The notes beneath the pieces are model-generated. The model was not told the origin of the DNA and ran no database searches. It saw only the letters and a program-made list of their open reading frames with translations. The position numbers and the translations under genes were made by a program. From Adineta vaga (lineage: Eukaryota > Animalia > Rotifera), in contig CP075496.1 of NCBI GenBank assembly GCA_021613535.1, positions 2,232,001 to 2,296,000 of the forward strand: DNA of 64,000 nt. Reading direction: 5' to 3'. How positions within the stretch are numbered: the first letter of the stretch is position 1; each line of letters starts with the position of its first letter. Of the stretch, positions 28,501 through 45,470 are shown piece by piece.

Positions 28501-28607
28501 GGGGAATAGAACATCTGATTGTTCAACAAGCATTTGTAGTTACATTTATTTGGACAATAGGTTTTCTTATTTTAACATTGATTATTTTCAATTGTCGTCG
28601 TTTATGA
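25521..28607 (+). CDS. ABC half-transporter, ABCH/ABCG23-like (NBD-TMD order), about 19 exons
   Basis: Walker A GPSGCGKT, Q-loop GFMPQE, signature LSGGQQRRVSFA, LDEPTVGVDPLLR, TTHYIEEA; ABC-2 membrane part FMVPG, YPVLLLSGIIWPLEGQP. Confidence 0.9.
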
Positions 28608-28767
28608 TAAACAATTCAATCTGAATAGAGTTTTTGTTTCTTGCAATATTAATATTAATCATACTAGCATCAATTTTATCTTAATATTATTACGATTTAC
28701 ACTTGTTTTGGTTTTATTAAAGAAAAAAAAATTAAATAAATAAATTTATCGAAGATTTTACAAACAA

Positions 28768-29782
28768 CTAATTCTTATCATCTTTTGTTTCTTGAAGCGA
28801 TACATCAGTTGTCCAATCGTATGTACCTAAATCTCGTTCTTTAACAGCTCTTTTCCATCCAATAGTTTCTGATCGACGTTTAAATGTCATACCTTCAGGT
28901 GAGTGTCGTGCAATTCCATCAAATAATGTGGCAAACATTTGAGTTGTTCGTAAACCCATATTTTCTAAAACTTGATTAATAAGTAATTTTTGCATAATTA
29001 ATTGATTAATTGGTACAGTAGCCATACGTTGAGCTAAATTTTCAACTTCAACATTTAATTCTTCTCGTGGTACAGATTTTAAGACAAGTCCAAGTTTTTC
29101 TGCTTCAATACCAGTAATTTTATCACCAGTTAATAACATTCGTTTTGCTTTCTCGATACCCAATCTGAAAATATCATTTCAAATAAGTGTTTTCGAACAT
29201 TCTCATTTACCGATAAATCCACATAGCGGTTGTTGGACAACCCCATACTCTTGCTGGCATATAACCAATTTGTGCTTCATTAGCCATAAGAATAAGATCA
29301 CAACACAAAGCGATATCACTTCCACCAGCTAATGCATCACCATGAACTTTACAAATTGTTGGTTTTGATGAACGAAAAAGAGACATAAAATGTTCAGTAT
29401 TTTCTTTCATTGATACATAATCTTTCATTGGATCCCAAGGCATATCTTGAACAGCTTTTTCATTTTTATTTTGTGCATAATAAGTTAAATCATATCCTGA
29501 ACAAAATGCTTTACCAGCACCCGACAAGACAATGACATGTACAGATGAATCATGATTAGCTTGTTCCACACATGTTGACAGTTCCTTGGGCATTACATCA
29601 TTGATAGAATTTAATACTTCTGGCCGATTTAATGTGATATAACCTATTCGTTTTTTGATTTCATAGGTAATTGTTGAAAAACATCGATGTTGATGACGAG
29701 ACATCAAAGATGGTAATATTCGAGTGAAATCTTTCGATTTTATGGTGAATAAATTTAATGATTTAGTTAAAAATATAGACAT
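28768..29782 (-). CDS. Crotonase/enoyl-CoA hydratase family protein, bacterial EchA4-like, with a mitochondrial-type presequence
   Basis: ITLNRPE..N, FCSGYDL, KPTICKVHG.ALAGGSDIALCCD, IGYMPARVWGCPTTAMWIYR|LGIEKAKRMLLTGD, LFDGIARHSPEG; one 46-nt intron 29165-29210. Confidence 0.9.
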
Positions 29783-30016
29783 TCTTTTTTTGAAAAAAAA
29801 GCGGACAATAATCTGAAAGATTGATCGATAGTTATCGAATCTGTATGATGAAGATGATAAAAGTGTTGGATATATGTATTGCAGATAATCATGTGATATT
29901 TTATGGACAAACCAGTCATAAGAAAGGATTAATAAAACGAACAGATGTTGTATTTATAGTCTATATAAAATAATCGATAATATTATATACAAACAAATAC
30001 ATATTAAATAGTATTT

Positions 30017-32073
30017 TTAACATAATTCAAAATTTTCTATCGTTTCTAATTGATCTTTATCAATTGTTTGAAAGCCTTGTTCTTCTGTTGTTTTTAAATT
30101 CGAATCATCTATTGTTTCTGTTGTTGCATTACATAGTAGTGAATCAGATCGATTGAATAGATTTATATTCGATGTTGATTTTGATTTTGATGATAAAGGT
30201 AAATTTAATTTCGCACAAACATCACTACAAACATGTGTATGAAAAAATTGATGCATACCTTTAACACCAAGATTAGTTCGTGTTTCTCGAAAACGTAAGA
30301 GATCATCACAATGCAAGGCTGGATCAGTTAATAAATAAGCTCGATCAACTTTTACACCTTGTAAATCCACTACCATCAAACGTCCCGATGTAATATGATA
30401 TGTCCAATGAGAAAAGGCTTGTAAAAGTGTCGAATATTCATTAAGTGATACTCCACCACTATTATTATTCCATTTTCTCCATTCTTGATGCATCCGTCGT
30501 TCAACTTGATAGATTTTTGATGGATTCTTTTTTTGTTGAACAAGATCAGCATCAGCATAAACAACAGGAATAAAATTTCGAAAAAGACGTTGTTGTTCAT
30601 TATTAAATTGTTCGGCTAGAAATTGTGCAATAGCTTGAATTTCTAAATGTTCTCGATAAATAAGAAATGTATTCGCTTTTGAATCAGCATTAGCAAGTTC
30701 TTTAAAAACAACATCAACAAATGAAGAATCATCCGTAGAAAATTGACCATAGAAAGCAAAACGAAGTGAACCTTTTGCAAATGGATATACGGCGATTTTC
30801 ATATGTCCTTGTGTTTGACTAACATTTAATGGACAAAATAGATCTTCAATTTCATTTGGAGGAATAATTTCCGTAATATTCACTACATATGTTTCAATAA
30901 GATTCCAATCTGGTTCTTTACTAACGATTGTATAAGATTTGATTTGTTTATTGATATTATGATATGAAGATAATGTCGATTTAATCTTACTTTGAATGAT
31001 TGCACTGGTTTGTTCAATTACACGTTCGATTAAACAATTCGGATCATCAACGTGAATTTCTGATATTGATCCAAATATAAAGGAAAATTCATCGAACATT
31101 TTCTTTGTTGTATTATTTAGGGAAATTTTACAATAAGTTATATCTAATCGTTTGATAATAAACATTAATTTTGATAAATCTCGATTTTTTGGATCACCTT
31201 GAGGGTAATTATCATGGGCTGTTCCTTCAAATTCGTGATAGTCTCGTCCATGACAAGGAGCATCACATATATGAATTAAAATACGATTTGGATGTGACCA
31301 TGATAGTTGACTAACTGCTTCTAGTCCACCTAAATAACAATAAAAAGATCATCCTATTTTTATATTCAATCGTTTTCGTAAAACTTACCAAATACATCTT
31401 CACAAGTATCATCACCGCCGGTTGCTTGAACATTATTTAAAGATTCTTGAAATACATTTTCATCGTCTGTAAAATCTAATCTTTCCATCGTATCACCAAT
31501 ATCTCGATAACCAATAAATCCAAGATAGGGTTTCGTTGAAAATAGTTGAACAATCGCGTCTGTTAGTTGACGAATTTGTTTTCTAGTAGCATCAAGATAT
31601 TTTCTCATACTACCTGTACAATCCATCAGAAAACATACATCGACAGTTGCTTGTACTTTGGATATTTTAAGTATTTGATCGATTTCATATTTTCGTTGAA
31701 GAAGTTCTTTTTCACGTTGTTCATTCATAGTTTTCTTCACTATAGCTAATCCATCTGATGTATCTAGTAATGATGACCATGTTTTAATACGTATTAACGC
31801 TTCTCTAGTCGAGGTAAGTGTATGTCGTATAGTTACATTATTTGGATTTCTACGTAATTCAGCAAGTTGACCTCTGAAATCAAATGATAATCGTTCAAAT
31901 TCGGCATCTAATGCATCAAGATCAATATCAGCGGTTGAACCTAATGTATTTTTCGAATCCCAATCAATTGTTGGGGCTGATATCCGATATGGACGTCTGG
32001 TAGTAAGACGAATTGAATCGACAGTATCTTTTAATGTATCATCGTTGAATGTAGTTGAATATGAACGATGCAT
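30017..32073 (-). CDS. VWA-domain alpha-kinase (VwkA/eEF2K-like kinase domain)
   Basis: VWA DVCFLMDCTGSM, GYRD, GGDDTCEDV, LIHICDAPCHG; alpha-kinase PFAKGSLRFAF, KWNNNSG, QAFSHWT, VVDLQG, LTDP, NLG..GM..FF.TH.C...C; one intron near 31331-31388. Confidence 0.92.
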
Positions 32074-33201
32074 TGAAGAATTACTCAAATATTGTATGTT
32101 ATCACTAACTGCAAATAAGAATATACTTAATATTAATTAAACTAGGCACACGTATTAGAGACACATTAAGAAAAACATATTTATCAATGTTTACTCATGT
32201 CGTTATCAAAATTTCATTTTAAGTAATACAGTACAATGGTCATTTCGGATCAAAAGAGCGTGTGTATACTCCTTACTCCTGAAATGACATTGATAGAATC
32301 TACTGACATTTTGAGAACGATTTTAGTTTAGATCACTAAACTGAACGCGCGCTATTTGAAAGGACGGTATTAACCATAGTATGTGAATGAATATGATGAG
32401 CGCTGAGTGTGTTCATATTGGTATTTGACTTTGCAATGGAGAACAACTGGTTATACAATAATAGTAATGACAATAGCTCCTATTCCAATCGATTAAACTT
32501 ACCTCTTTTTTTTTGAAATATCTATTGAATTTAAGGACAAAATGAACCATCCCTCTTTTTTTTATCTCTTATCTAAAGTCTAAAAATTTTTCTTTTCGAG
32601 TTTATATCTGATAAGTAACAACCTGACAAAAATAGGAGTCTAAAACATAGCTTCAAACATATTGTTAAGACACGTGGCGAGAAAATATTGAATGAAAGAT
32701 TACATATCACATGAGTTTATTCACATGATGATCATTTCGAGAACTTCATAGACAAAATGAGAACACTGATATAGACATCGTTTTAATTTATCTATAGATA
32801 AGAGTTATCCGAACTTCTAGAATAGATATAAATGAATCTAATTTTCTTCTGATAGTATAAATATGATTCAGAAATATTGAGAAACTATGTAGACGAATTA
32901 GACTGTTGAATGCATGTGTTCATCGATCTGTAAATCGATCATATTAGTAGAATTTATTATAATTTTCCCAGGAAGAATAGCACGACCAATTTGTTTTCAA
33001 TGATCAGTACAATTCTACTTTCAATTCAACGATTCATCTCTATCATTTGAATAAAATATTGTTATCTAGATAAGAACATTCTTGACTGACTATTTATTTT
33101 GTTCAAATAAAAATAAAATAATAATAATAACGGGAATCTATAGGTATACTATTTGATAAAAATAACTCGCTAGAATAATTCAAAAGATAAATATAAATAA
33201 T

Positions 33202-34786
33202 TTAAGAATGTTTTTTTTCTTGATCATCATTGTTATCTGTCTTGATTATCGATGATTTTTGCGTGGAAGAAGATGAATCATCCCATCCTTGAAGCAATTC
33301 AAGACTTTTTATATATTGACGTGAAAATACCTCTGAAATACATCAAATTATAAAACAAAAACAATACACCAGATAAATCTTACCGATATAAAATGAAGCT
33401 CCATTATAAACACTTACAGCAAACATAGAACATAAAAATATCCCGTTGATATACCTACATAAACAAAGATAAAGAAATCATTGTACTCATTATGGACATT
33501 TATATTTAAACTTACATATATCGATAATACCACAAACAAACTGGTAAAATGGCAAGGAACATGTAGGTAAATTGAAGAAGAAAATAGAAGATAATTTTAT
33601 AGATATTAATTCCATCTGTTGGTCCACCAAATCCAAGTCGTTCAACAAGACGAGCAACGAAACCTTTTTTATCATTTAATAACCATGTATAAGATGTAAT
33701 TCGTGATCCACTTTCAACTTTATCACGTCGCCCATAAACAATAAATATGTAATACAATGCTTGCCAAATCAAGTAGAATATAATCGTATAAGAAATTGTT
33801 TTACCCATAGGAATTGCATTGCCAATTTTAGCAATAGCTGGATAATCTTTAATTTGCAGTTCAATAGGTAATAACCAACGAAGTGTAAACATTGTCAAGG
33901 GTGGATACCTAAGTTAGAAAAATCTATTCAATACTTTGTTGAATACGAGAATAAACTTACATATGAATAAATATGCTTGTTACTTTATCAAAACCTAGAT
34001 ACAACAGGAAAATGTGATGAAAGTTTTGCGAAATAATGAAAGCTCTTACTATGAAAAACTAGTGAATTTTTCCATAGAATGATTGCTAAAGCTAATGGAC
34101 CATGTGTTAATGTATAACAAACCAAAAAAAGTATTTCTGATGATGGTAAAATCCATATATAGATCAATGTTAATACATTAACAAAATAACATAAATCATA
34201 AACTAAACAATAATAAATTCAATTCAAATTCAAAGGAAAAAAAAGACGAATCTTACTGAAATAATGCCAATGTTTATGTTTATAAATAAAAAACCGAAGT
34301 GTAATAAGGAAGAGTGCTTGAATCGTGTAGACTAGTGGTAATAGATGTGGCCATTGACCAGCTAAAATAAAAATAATATGAATTGTATGTTATACAAGAT
34401 AGTTTGAATGTATACCGATCAATGGAGAGAAACAGGTATTAGCAACAGCAACTGTAAATGTAATTTTATCTCTTGTACGAATAAAATCTGGCTTTTTTAA
34501 TTTCTCTGATACGTTATGAATACGGGTTTCGAGTTGAAGTCTAAGTAAACGTTTTTTTTCATCAATTTCATCTTTTTTTCGTTGCCATCGTTGTCGTGAA
34601 TCTTGTTTACGTTCTTCAACTAAAACGAAATTTTTCATTGCAATCAATTTAATTCAATTTTTTACTTAGATTTGTTATCGAATCAATTTTATCACTTAGA
34701 TCTTCGAGAAAATCATAGAAATCCAAATCATCACCATCACTATCTTCTTCTTCTTCTTCCTGACGACTATCTCTATCCGTATCCAT
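33202..34786 (-). CDS. GPC1: Glycerophosphocholine acyltransferase GPC1/GPCAT (DUF2838-type), multi-exon
   Basis: RDKITFTV, KHWHYF.YDLCYFVN, HGPLALAIILWKNSLVFHS|FDKVTSIFIHM|YPPL, YLIWQALYY, RITSYTWLL, SVYNGASFYI. Confidence 0.87.
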
Positions 34787-34916
34787 ATCTAGAAAAAAAA
34801 CACAATAAAGCATCATTCTACATCAGAACATACATGGCAATATTATTGAACAAGAAAAAAAAATTCATTCATAAAGTCATTTGAAGAAAAAAAACGAATC
34901 TATCTGAACACACGCA

Positions 34917-36373
34917 TTATGTATCAATAAAACCGATACACATAGAATCTTGTCCAATTAGAGCAACAGTTGGCGAGGAAGCTACATTATTCCATTTGAT
35001 TTCATCAATATTATGTTTTGTTGATTCGTCTGGTAGATTTATACAAGATGCACCTTGTGGTGACCAGATATAAATACGATTATTATGAGTACACAATGCT
35101 AAATGATCGCGTTTGGGTTCCCATTTCACACAACGAATTGGTTGAGTTTGAATAAGAACAAAAGCTAAATGGAATGTTGGTTTAAAATCAAATATAAACA
35201 AAAGATTTGGCATTGTATCATTGATTGTAGATAAATATCGACCTGAACAGGAATATTCAATGGATGAAACACCTAAACGAGGATTTGCTCGATCGAGATC
35301 TGGTTTTATTGGTGCTATTTGAAGTGTACCATTATAAATAATATATTTTGATTCAATAGAATTTTTTGGTTCTGGTTGTAAGACAGCCGCTGATGAATAG
35401 GCAGCTGAAGAATAAGGTTTACGTTGACTAGAATAATAAAATCTTTCAAATGACGAAAATGAAATGGATTGATTTACCTTTGATCATGTTTCTCTTGTCC
35501 ATCTAAATTATATTCTTCTTCTTTTAGTATTGTGTAACCTTTTCCAGACGATAATTTTTGTGGATGTTCATATGATGATTGAATTTTTTTATATGTTAAA
35601 TAACTAAAAATTGTAATTCGTTCTTCATAATCTCCTACAGCAATAACTTGTCCAGTCGGTGACCATCGTGCACAACGTACACCTAATGATAATCGATCAT
35701 TTTCAGCTTTATATATATTCAATAGTTGTCCGTCAAGTGTATAAAAAACGATTTTATATTCATAAGAATTTTCCCATAGACATAAAACATCGGCAATAGG
35801 TGACCATTCAATACCTTGAAGATCTTCTAATTCATTCGGTTGAAAATGTGCAATCATTGACCAATTTGCTGAATAATCAAATATTGATATATGATCTGTA
35901 CTATCGTTTCGACGTTCTACTAATGCCATATAAGGTTTTAATAAACTAAAGACATAAGATTTTGGTGATAGCTTTTTTGGATATTTAATATAGGAAACAT
36001 TTTTCGATGCTAATGACCAAACTGTAATACGTAAATGAAATTGTGCTGTTGTTAATATATGTCTCGAATCAGGTGCCCAATGAACATTACAAAGACCAGC
36101 TGAACCTTCATCAATTTTACATTTCCATTCGGGATTATCTAATGAAAAGACTTGAACAGCATTACGTTTGATTAAACCAGCTAATACTAAACGTGAATCG
36201 TAGGACCATTCTATTGTTTCAATTGTATCAATACAAGCAAATAAATTGATGATTTCTAATGTTGTTGATGAACGTATAATCAAACGATATTGATTTACAC
36301 ATGCAAGATATTCACCATCTGGAGAAAATGAACTTTGACGAGATGTAACTTTAAATAATTCACTAAAATTCAT
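34917..36373 (-). CDS. WRAP73: WD40 centriole/cilia protein WRAP73 (WDR8), 2 exons
   Basis: MNFSELFK..FSPDGEYLA, EWKCKIDEGSAGL..WAPDSRHILTTAQFHLRITVWSL, YLSTINDTMPN, IYIWSPQGA. Confidence 0.95.
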
Positions 36374-36545
36374 CTAAAAAAATGAGAAAAATAAATAAAT
36401 AAATAAAAATGCTAACATAAGTGGATATTTTTTTTTGCATATAGAAAGAAAAATAAAGACATCAATTAAATGGACAGGTCAATGATTCAAGTAGTTTTTT
36501 GCAATGTTGATGAGTTTTCTGTATTGTTGATTGATTGTTGTTTCA

Positions 36546-39190
<2,645 letters not shown>

Positions 39191-40942
39191 TCCATCGAAT
39201 TCGTATGATTAAATGACTATTACGAAAACATACTCAAAGGAAAGGAATATCTAAAATGAACTCGATTGTCATATTGTTATGGAATGACCTTTACAACATT
39301 TCATAAGGAATCAATAGAATGTTTTCTCTTCTTTTCTCTACATACACATATACATATTCTTACTTTCGTTCTGTTGTTCGACTTCAATATGTTCTTTTAG
39401 TATTTTCCATGTGAAATATTTCTCATATATTAGCACAGATATTTTCCTATGATATGATCTGTGCAAATATTCATGTAGTCTATCACATATATACAGAGAG
39501 ACACTCTTTTTACGCTATGAATGTGTGTGATTAGTGTGATTGGTTAGATTTAGTACTTCTGCTGAAATAAACCGTTCTACAAAAAGAACCGATCTTACAC
39601 ATATAAATTTTGTTTTTTTGAACTCAATGATTCACTAAACATATCAGTCATAATCTAAATTAAGAATAACTATGCTTGTATAGTGATTTGTTCTAGAAAA
39701 AAATCATTGATTGAAAGGAGTTACCGAAGGACACGATTGATAGATCGGTGGCACATATAAAATAACATAATTTCTGTGAATAAACATTCCATTACAGAAT
39801 CAATTCATACGATTTTGGAGGACTTCCATTACGAATCTTAATCTATATATGTTAAAAGAAAATCAATAAGCTTACTTTCTATAAATAAGTTCGAATTATC
39901 AGTAAACAAATCATAAGCTTCTCAATTGAACATAACAAATTCTACTTCGCGACGCAATGATCATATCAACGCCACATTCTACTAGTTCAATTAGTTGATA
40001 AGTGGCGCCAAAGACATGACCACAAGCAGTTCATAGGTAAGCGAAGAATTAATTCCATAACGATCGATGTATCTATGGATTTTGGCATCAAGTGAAATTG
40101 AATACATATAACACAATAATGTTGGTGTCCTATTCTTCTATTGATACAAAGACCTACAATAGTTTAACAACAAGCACATTATTGCATAGATGTAAAATGA
40201 TTTCGATGTGTTTTTAGTTGTCTCATATTAGTCTTATTTCATTGAGATACTCTTTTCTTTTGCAACGTAGTGTCGGCGAGTGCGCGTATGTGATTATGAA
40301 ACTGTTCAAATTACTCATTTATTGAATGATATATAAAATTCGATATGCATTTTTTGGTCAACTGAGCAATGCGTGATGAATTGAGTCATGCGAGGATGAC
40401 TGAGCACACGTAAAGATGAAAGATAAGTTTATCAAAATTGAATTTCGTTTGGAAATTGAGATGATTATCAAGTTAACATAAAATCTAATCGCAATGATAA
40501 TGATCGACTCTATAAAAGAAAGAAATCATCAGTACTCTCTACTGAATTTATCATGTATTGAACAATTAAAAAGAGTGCGTGCCTGTATCATGCATGATCT
40601 ATGGGTAGAAAATGACTTGAAATTAATTTGCAAAAAAAAAGAAGTTCAATAAAATACTCTGTTGTGATAGTGATACGAAGGTCATATTCAATTGGACGAA
40701 GTTTTCAAGAGATGGCGTTAACCGTAATCTAATACATCTCCAGTGAAAGTGGTCACTAACGTCATAACAATAGAATCTTCTATGGTTACTTAAAGCCAAT
40801 CGAAAAGAAATGTTCTGATATATGTTTTTTTGTACATTTTACAACATCATAGATTGATCGTCTTCTCTTCCCTCCATTATTCTACTACAAAGTTATCCAT
40901 GACCGTTGTTCATTTAATTCATGTCATAATATAATTTTCTAG

Positions 40943-43900
40943 ATGATCCACAACACACTTGAATTACATGGTAAGGAAAGTGGTCAAATTTGGCATAGAA
41001 AAACAACTGGCAAACATGGGTAGATTTGTTATTCTTTTAATTTTCAAATAATATATTTCTAATCATAGTTTATTGGTCAATGTTCTACATTCCATCTATA
41101 ATGTTGCGGATGTTCCATTAAAAACTGTTCATTTTCTTCAAGCAGGATTTGATCGTCATGGTGAACGATTGTTAAGTGTTGATCAACGCGGAAATGTATA
41201 TGTTTTCGATCTTATTCGAAATAAGTATGAATTTTCGAATGAAATGAATTTCTATTAATTGAATTTGTTTTCATTTAGATTTGAACTTGTACATCGAACA
41301 GGTACCAGTTGTACAGCAGTTGCATTTAATCTACGAAATCCATCGGAATTTCTACTTGCTATGCCCGATTTTACTGTCAAATGTTTTGATGCCGGTAAAA
41401 TACTTTTTTTCTTTTTCCAATAGATCTTTCTATATTTAATTTATTTTTAGATAAGAAAGAATTTGTTGCTTGGCTGAAAGGTCATACAACACCAGTGAAA
41501 GAAATATCTGTTGATAGTAATGGAGATTTTTGTATAACAACATCAGCTGAAATTGCATTCTTATGGGAATTGAAAACTTTTGAACGAAAACGTAAACTAA
41601 CAATTACGAATAAAAATGATGTTTGCCTTTTTCGCGTAAGAAATCATTATTGAAATTTCATTTGTAATTTATGCTTCTTGATATTTTTAAGGCTTTCTTT
41701 TGTCCTGTAACGAATTATATTCTGACATGTTTTCGTGATGATTCAATACTTGTATGGGATGCAAAAAATTTGGAATTTAAATATCAATTAGTTGTACCGG
41801 AAAAGAATCCACCATTTTATCGAGCATTTGCAGTTACAAAGTATGTAGAATCGTAAATCATTCAATAGAAAATATCTCATTGTTGTTTGTAATTTAGCGA
41901 TGGTGGAATACTTGTCTGTGGCGGTAAATCAACTTATTTACAAATTTGGAATTTAGAAACGCACAAATTAGTTAAAATAATTGAATTACCAAAAGCAATT
42001 AAAGAAATCAAAGAAATGTCTTTTGTTAGTGAAAGTTTCGATGGTGGTTTACATAAAGTACAAATTTCGAAACGAATATTTTCTTCTATTATCTAAATTA
42101 ACTCATTTAGATCATTGCAATGCTTTGTCAAGATGGTATCGTTCGTTTTGCAGATATCGAAACATGTCGTGATCTCTTTCAAATTGGACAAGAAACTGAT
42201 CCAATTCATCATTTTCTTCTTTCATCTAATGGAAAATTTTGTGCATGTACACTTCAATCAGGTCAATTACAAATCTATGATTTAGCAACAACATGGAAAG
42301 AATTAAATCGTGCTCCATCACCTATTGTTCGAGCATTACGTTCCAATGAAGATTTTAATAATGATACGAATAGTCAAATTACATGTTCGAAAGGATCAAC
42401 AACTGCACGAAGTTTTCGTTCAGGAATAACATCAAGTACAAATACAGGAAGAGGAAATAAACTAGCAATTAAAAAACGTCGTCATTCAGCATCAGATCGA
42501 TTACAATTAAGACAACATTATGCAACAAGAATATCAGATAAAACAAGTATATCATCAACAACACTTGATCAATCAGCTGTAAGATTTAATTGAAGAAAAA
42601 TCATTTGATTCAATTCTTCTATTTAGTTTCGAGATTTACCTGAAGGATTAAATTTTAAAAAACTATATAAATTATTACGATTCTATGGAGAATATCCATC
42701 CAAATATCGGTGAGAGAAAACAAGACAAAAGTTTGTTTTTATCTATAATGTTGTTATTTTTAAAGGGCATTTATTTGGCGATGTCTTCTTCGTTTACCAG
42801 AAAATCATGCCGCTTATGCTGCATTGGTTGAAAAAGGTGGACATTTATCTTTTGCTAAATTACAAGATCAATATCCATTGAAAAGTCGAAAATTATTAAG
42901 AATTATGCAACGGTAATCATTTCCGAATTAATCTTGCTTAATTTCTTTCTTTCTCTTCTGTTTTAGTGTTTTATCTGCATTATCTCATTGGTCATCAATC
43001 TTTGGTGAAACAGATTTCTTACCTTTATTAGCATTTCCATTTATAAAATTATTTGAAAATAATCAATTAATTTGCTTTGAAGTTGTTGCAACAGTTATTT
43101 CAAATTGGTGTCAATTATGGTTTATGTATTTTCCAAATCCACCTGTTAATATCTTAGGTAAAATATTTCACAAAATTAAAATAAGTTAATCTTTTTTTCT
43201 TTTTAAAGGAATGATTGAAAATCTCTTAACACATCATGATCATACTTTACTTGCTCATTTCGTACGTTATAAAGTAACATCACAAGTAAGAATCACTATT
43301 AATCTATCAATAAAATAGAATGAAGAATTCTTTGTAATTAGATTTATGCTTGGCCATTACTTGAAACATTCTTTTCAGAAATTTTTAATCGTGATGAATG
43401 GTTATGTTTATTTGATCATATTTTTAGTAATCATCCATCTTTTCTGCTTTTCATAATAATATCATATTGTATTAATAATCGAAGTGCTCTTCTTCGAGTC
43501 ACTGAATTGGATGATTTTAAATATTTCTTTCATCATCGTAATCCAATGTTAATACAAACAATTCTTACCGAAGCTTATCGTCTTAGTGAAGTAACACCAG
43601 CTGATATTGATCCAAAACGTATGATTGAATCATTTCAACCATTAACACGTGGTCAATATCCTGTGTTTAATAAGTATCCAAAATTCATTGTTGATTATCA
43701 AATACAAGAAAAAGAAAAGTTAAGAGAAGAAGAAATGAATTATATACGTCAACGGTAAAATTCAAAAGGCAATCATTGATAAAAAAAAGATAGTATTTTC
43801 GTTTGTCTTTAGTGAATTGAATGTTGAAATGTTTCGTGAACGACAACAACGTCGACATGAAGAAGAATCATGGCTTCGTCAACAGGTTGTTCTATCTTTA

Positions 43901-45470
43901 TTTTATCAATTAGTTTTTATATGATTTGTCTTTAGCAATTATTAATTGAAGCGGAAGAAAAACGACGTTCATTATTATTAGAAGAAGACACTCGTGTTAA
44001 AGATCAAAAATCTAAGTTAGTCTTTGCTCTTTTGATAAATATCATTCATTTATTTTTCTTTCTACCAATAGACTTCAAATGCTCAATCAAGAAATTAAAG
44101 TAAGTTATTTTATTGATAAGAAAAGTTTCTTTTATTTTAATGTTTTTTTAGGTTCGTGAAATGAAAATGCTTGATGTTGCTCGTCGGAAAATGCTTCATC
44201 AACAACATTTACTTAAAGAAGCTGAATTACATCGATTAGATGATGAAATTCGTAAAAAAGTCCGTGTATTTTACTTTTGTTTTTTACGAATATTCAACAT
44301 TTTGTTTCTTTTAATTTAGGCTGATGAACGAAAAGATGTTTTAGAATCAGGAATTAAATCTGCAGAACTTAAATCATTGGAATTAGAAACTCAAACAAAG
44401 ATTTTAGAAAATGTAACGTTCATTTGAAATGAAATTTTCTTTCAAATCATCTCTCGTTTTGTTTTAGCAAATGCTTCGTTTACAAACAACAAAATCATCT
44501 AATGGTGCAGCTTTTGATTTAGATGATTTAGCTGATGATCAAAGTTTACGACCAACAACAAGAAAAATCATTGCCGATGCCAAGGTTTGTCGGAATTTTT
44601 GTTTGATTACATTTTGTAAGAATTGAATTTTCTATTTAGCATACACATCATTTTCCAAATGAAATATCGATGGATAATGGAAATATTGCATTACGATTTG
44701 AAATGAAAGATGAAGATGCAAAAGATGATATGACTGATGTCAGTTAAATCTTTTTTTGAAAGTAATCAATTAACATTATTTCATGAAATTTAGGTTTGGA
44801 AACAATTACGTGAAGCAAAAGCAAAAGAATTGGAAGTCAAAAAACAATTGAATGATATGTATCAACAGAAGGTAGAGTACCAAATAAATATCATTGAAGT
44901 TTTAACAATGATTTTTTGCATTTGTGTGCCATTGGGTATTCATTTTGTTTAGAATGCTTTAAGTAGTCAAAATACAAATCAATTACTACAAGTAATGAGT
45001 AATAACAGAACTGCTATTGTTGATATGGAAAAACCAACATCATCCAAACCAAAAGTAACTCAAACAACAGATGATCCTAATACAGAATCATATCAAACAT
45101 CAGGTATATATCTATTTCAATGATTGTATTTAATTTACTTATCATTATTTACTTTTTGCAGAAGTTATTGGAATGATGAATCGACCAACTAAAGTTAAAT
45201 GTATCAATACACCGAATAGTTCCGTAGCTGGTGATACATCAACATCATCCGCTTGTATATTTAACAAGTTTTTTTTATATTGATTAAGAAATCTTTTCGT
45301 TTTTCTTCTTCTATTTAGTAAATCTTGATCGTGGTCGTGGTGAACTCGACAATGACATTCGTAAATTATTAACCGATATTCGTGAACGTCGAACACGATT
45401 AGTTCATGAAAATTCACAATCGATTCCTTACAGACCAACATCAATTGATACTCATCTTGCTACTTCTTGA
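40943..45470 (+). CDS. TBC1D31: TBC1 domain family member 31 (WDR67), multi-exon
   Basis: GKESGQIWHRK N-terminus, WD40 repeats, TBC part YGEYPSKYR|AFIWRCLLRLPENH, LSALSHWS.IFGETDFLP, YAWPLLETFFSE, PLTRGQYPVFNKYPKFIVDYQ; coiled-coil C-terminus; stop TGA ends at 45470. Confidence 0.93.

Noticed and set aside
39191-40942. 1.75-kb LETM1/TBC1D31 divergent spacer as a hidden gene, transposon or RFX X-box promoter
   Set aside because: No ORF, terminal repeats or convincing X-box consensus seen
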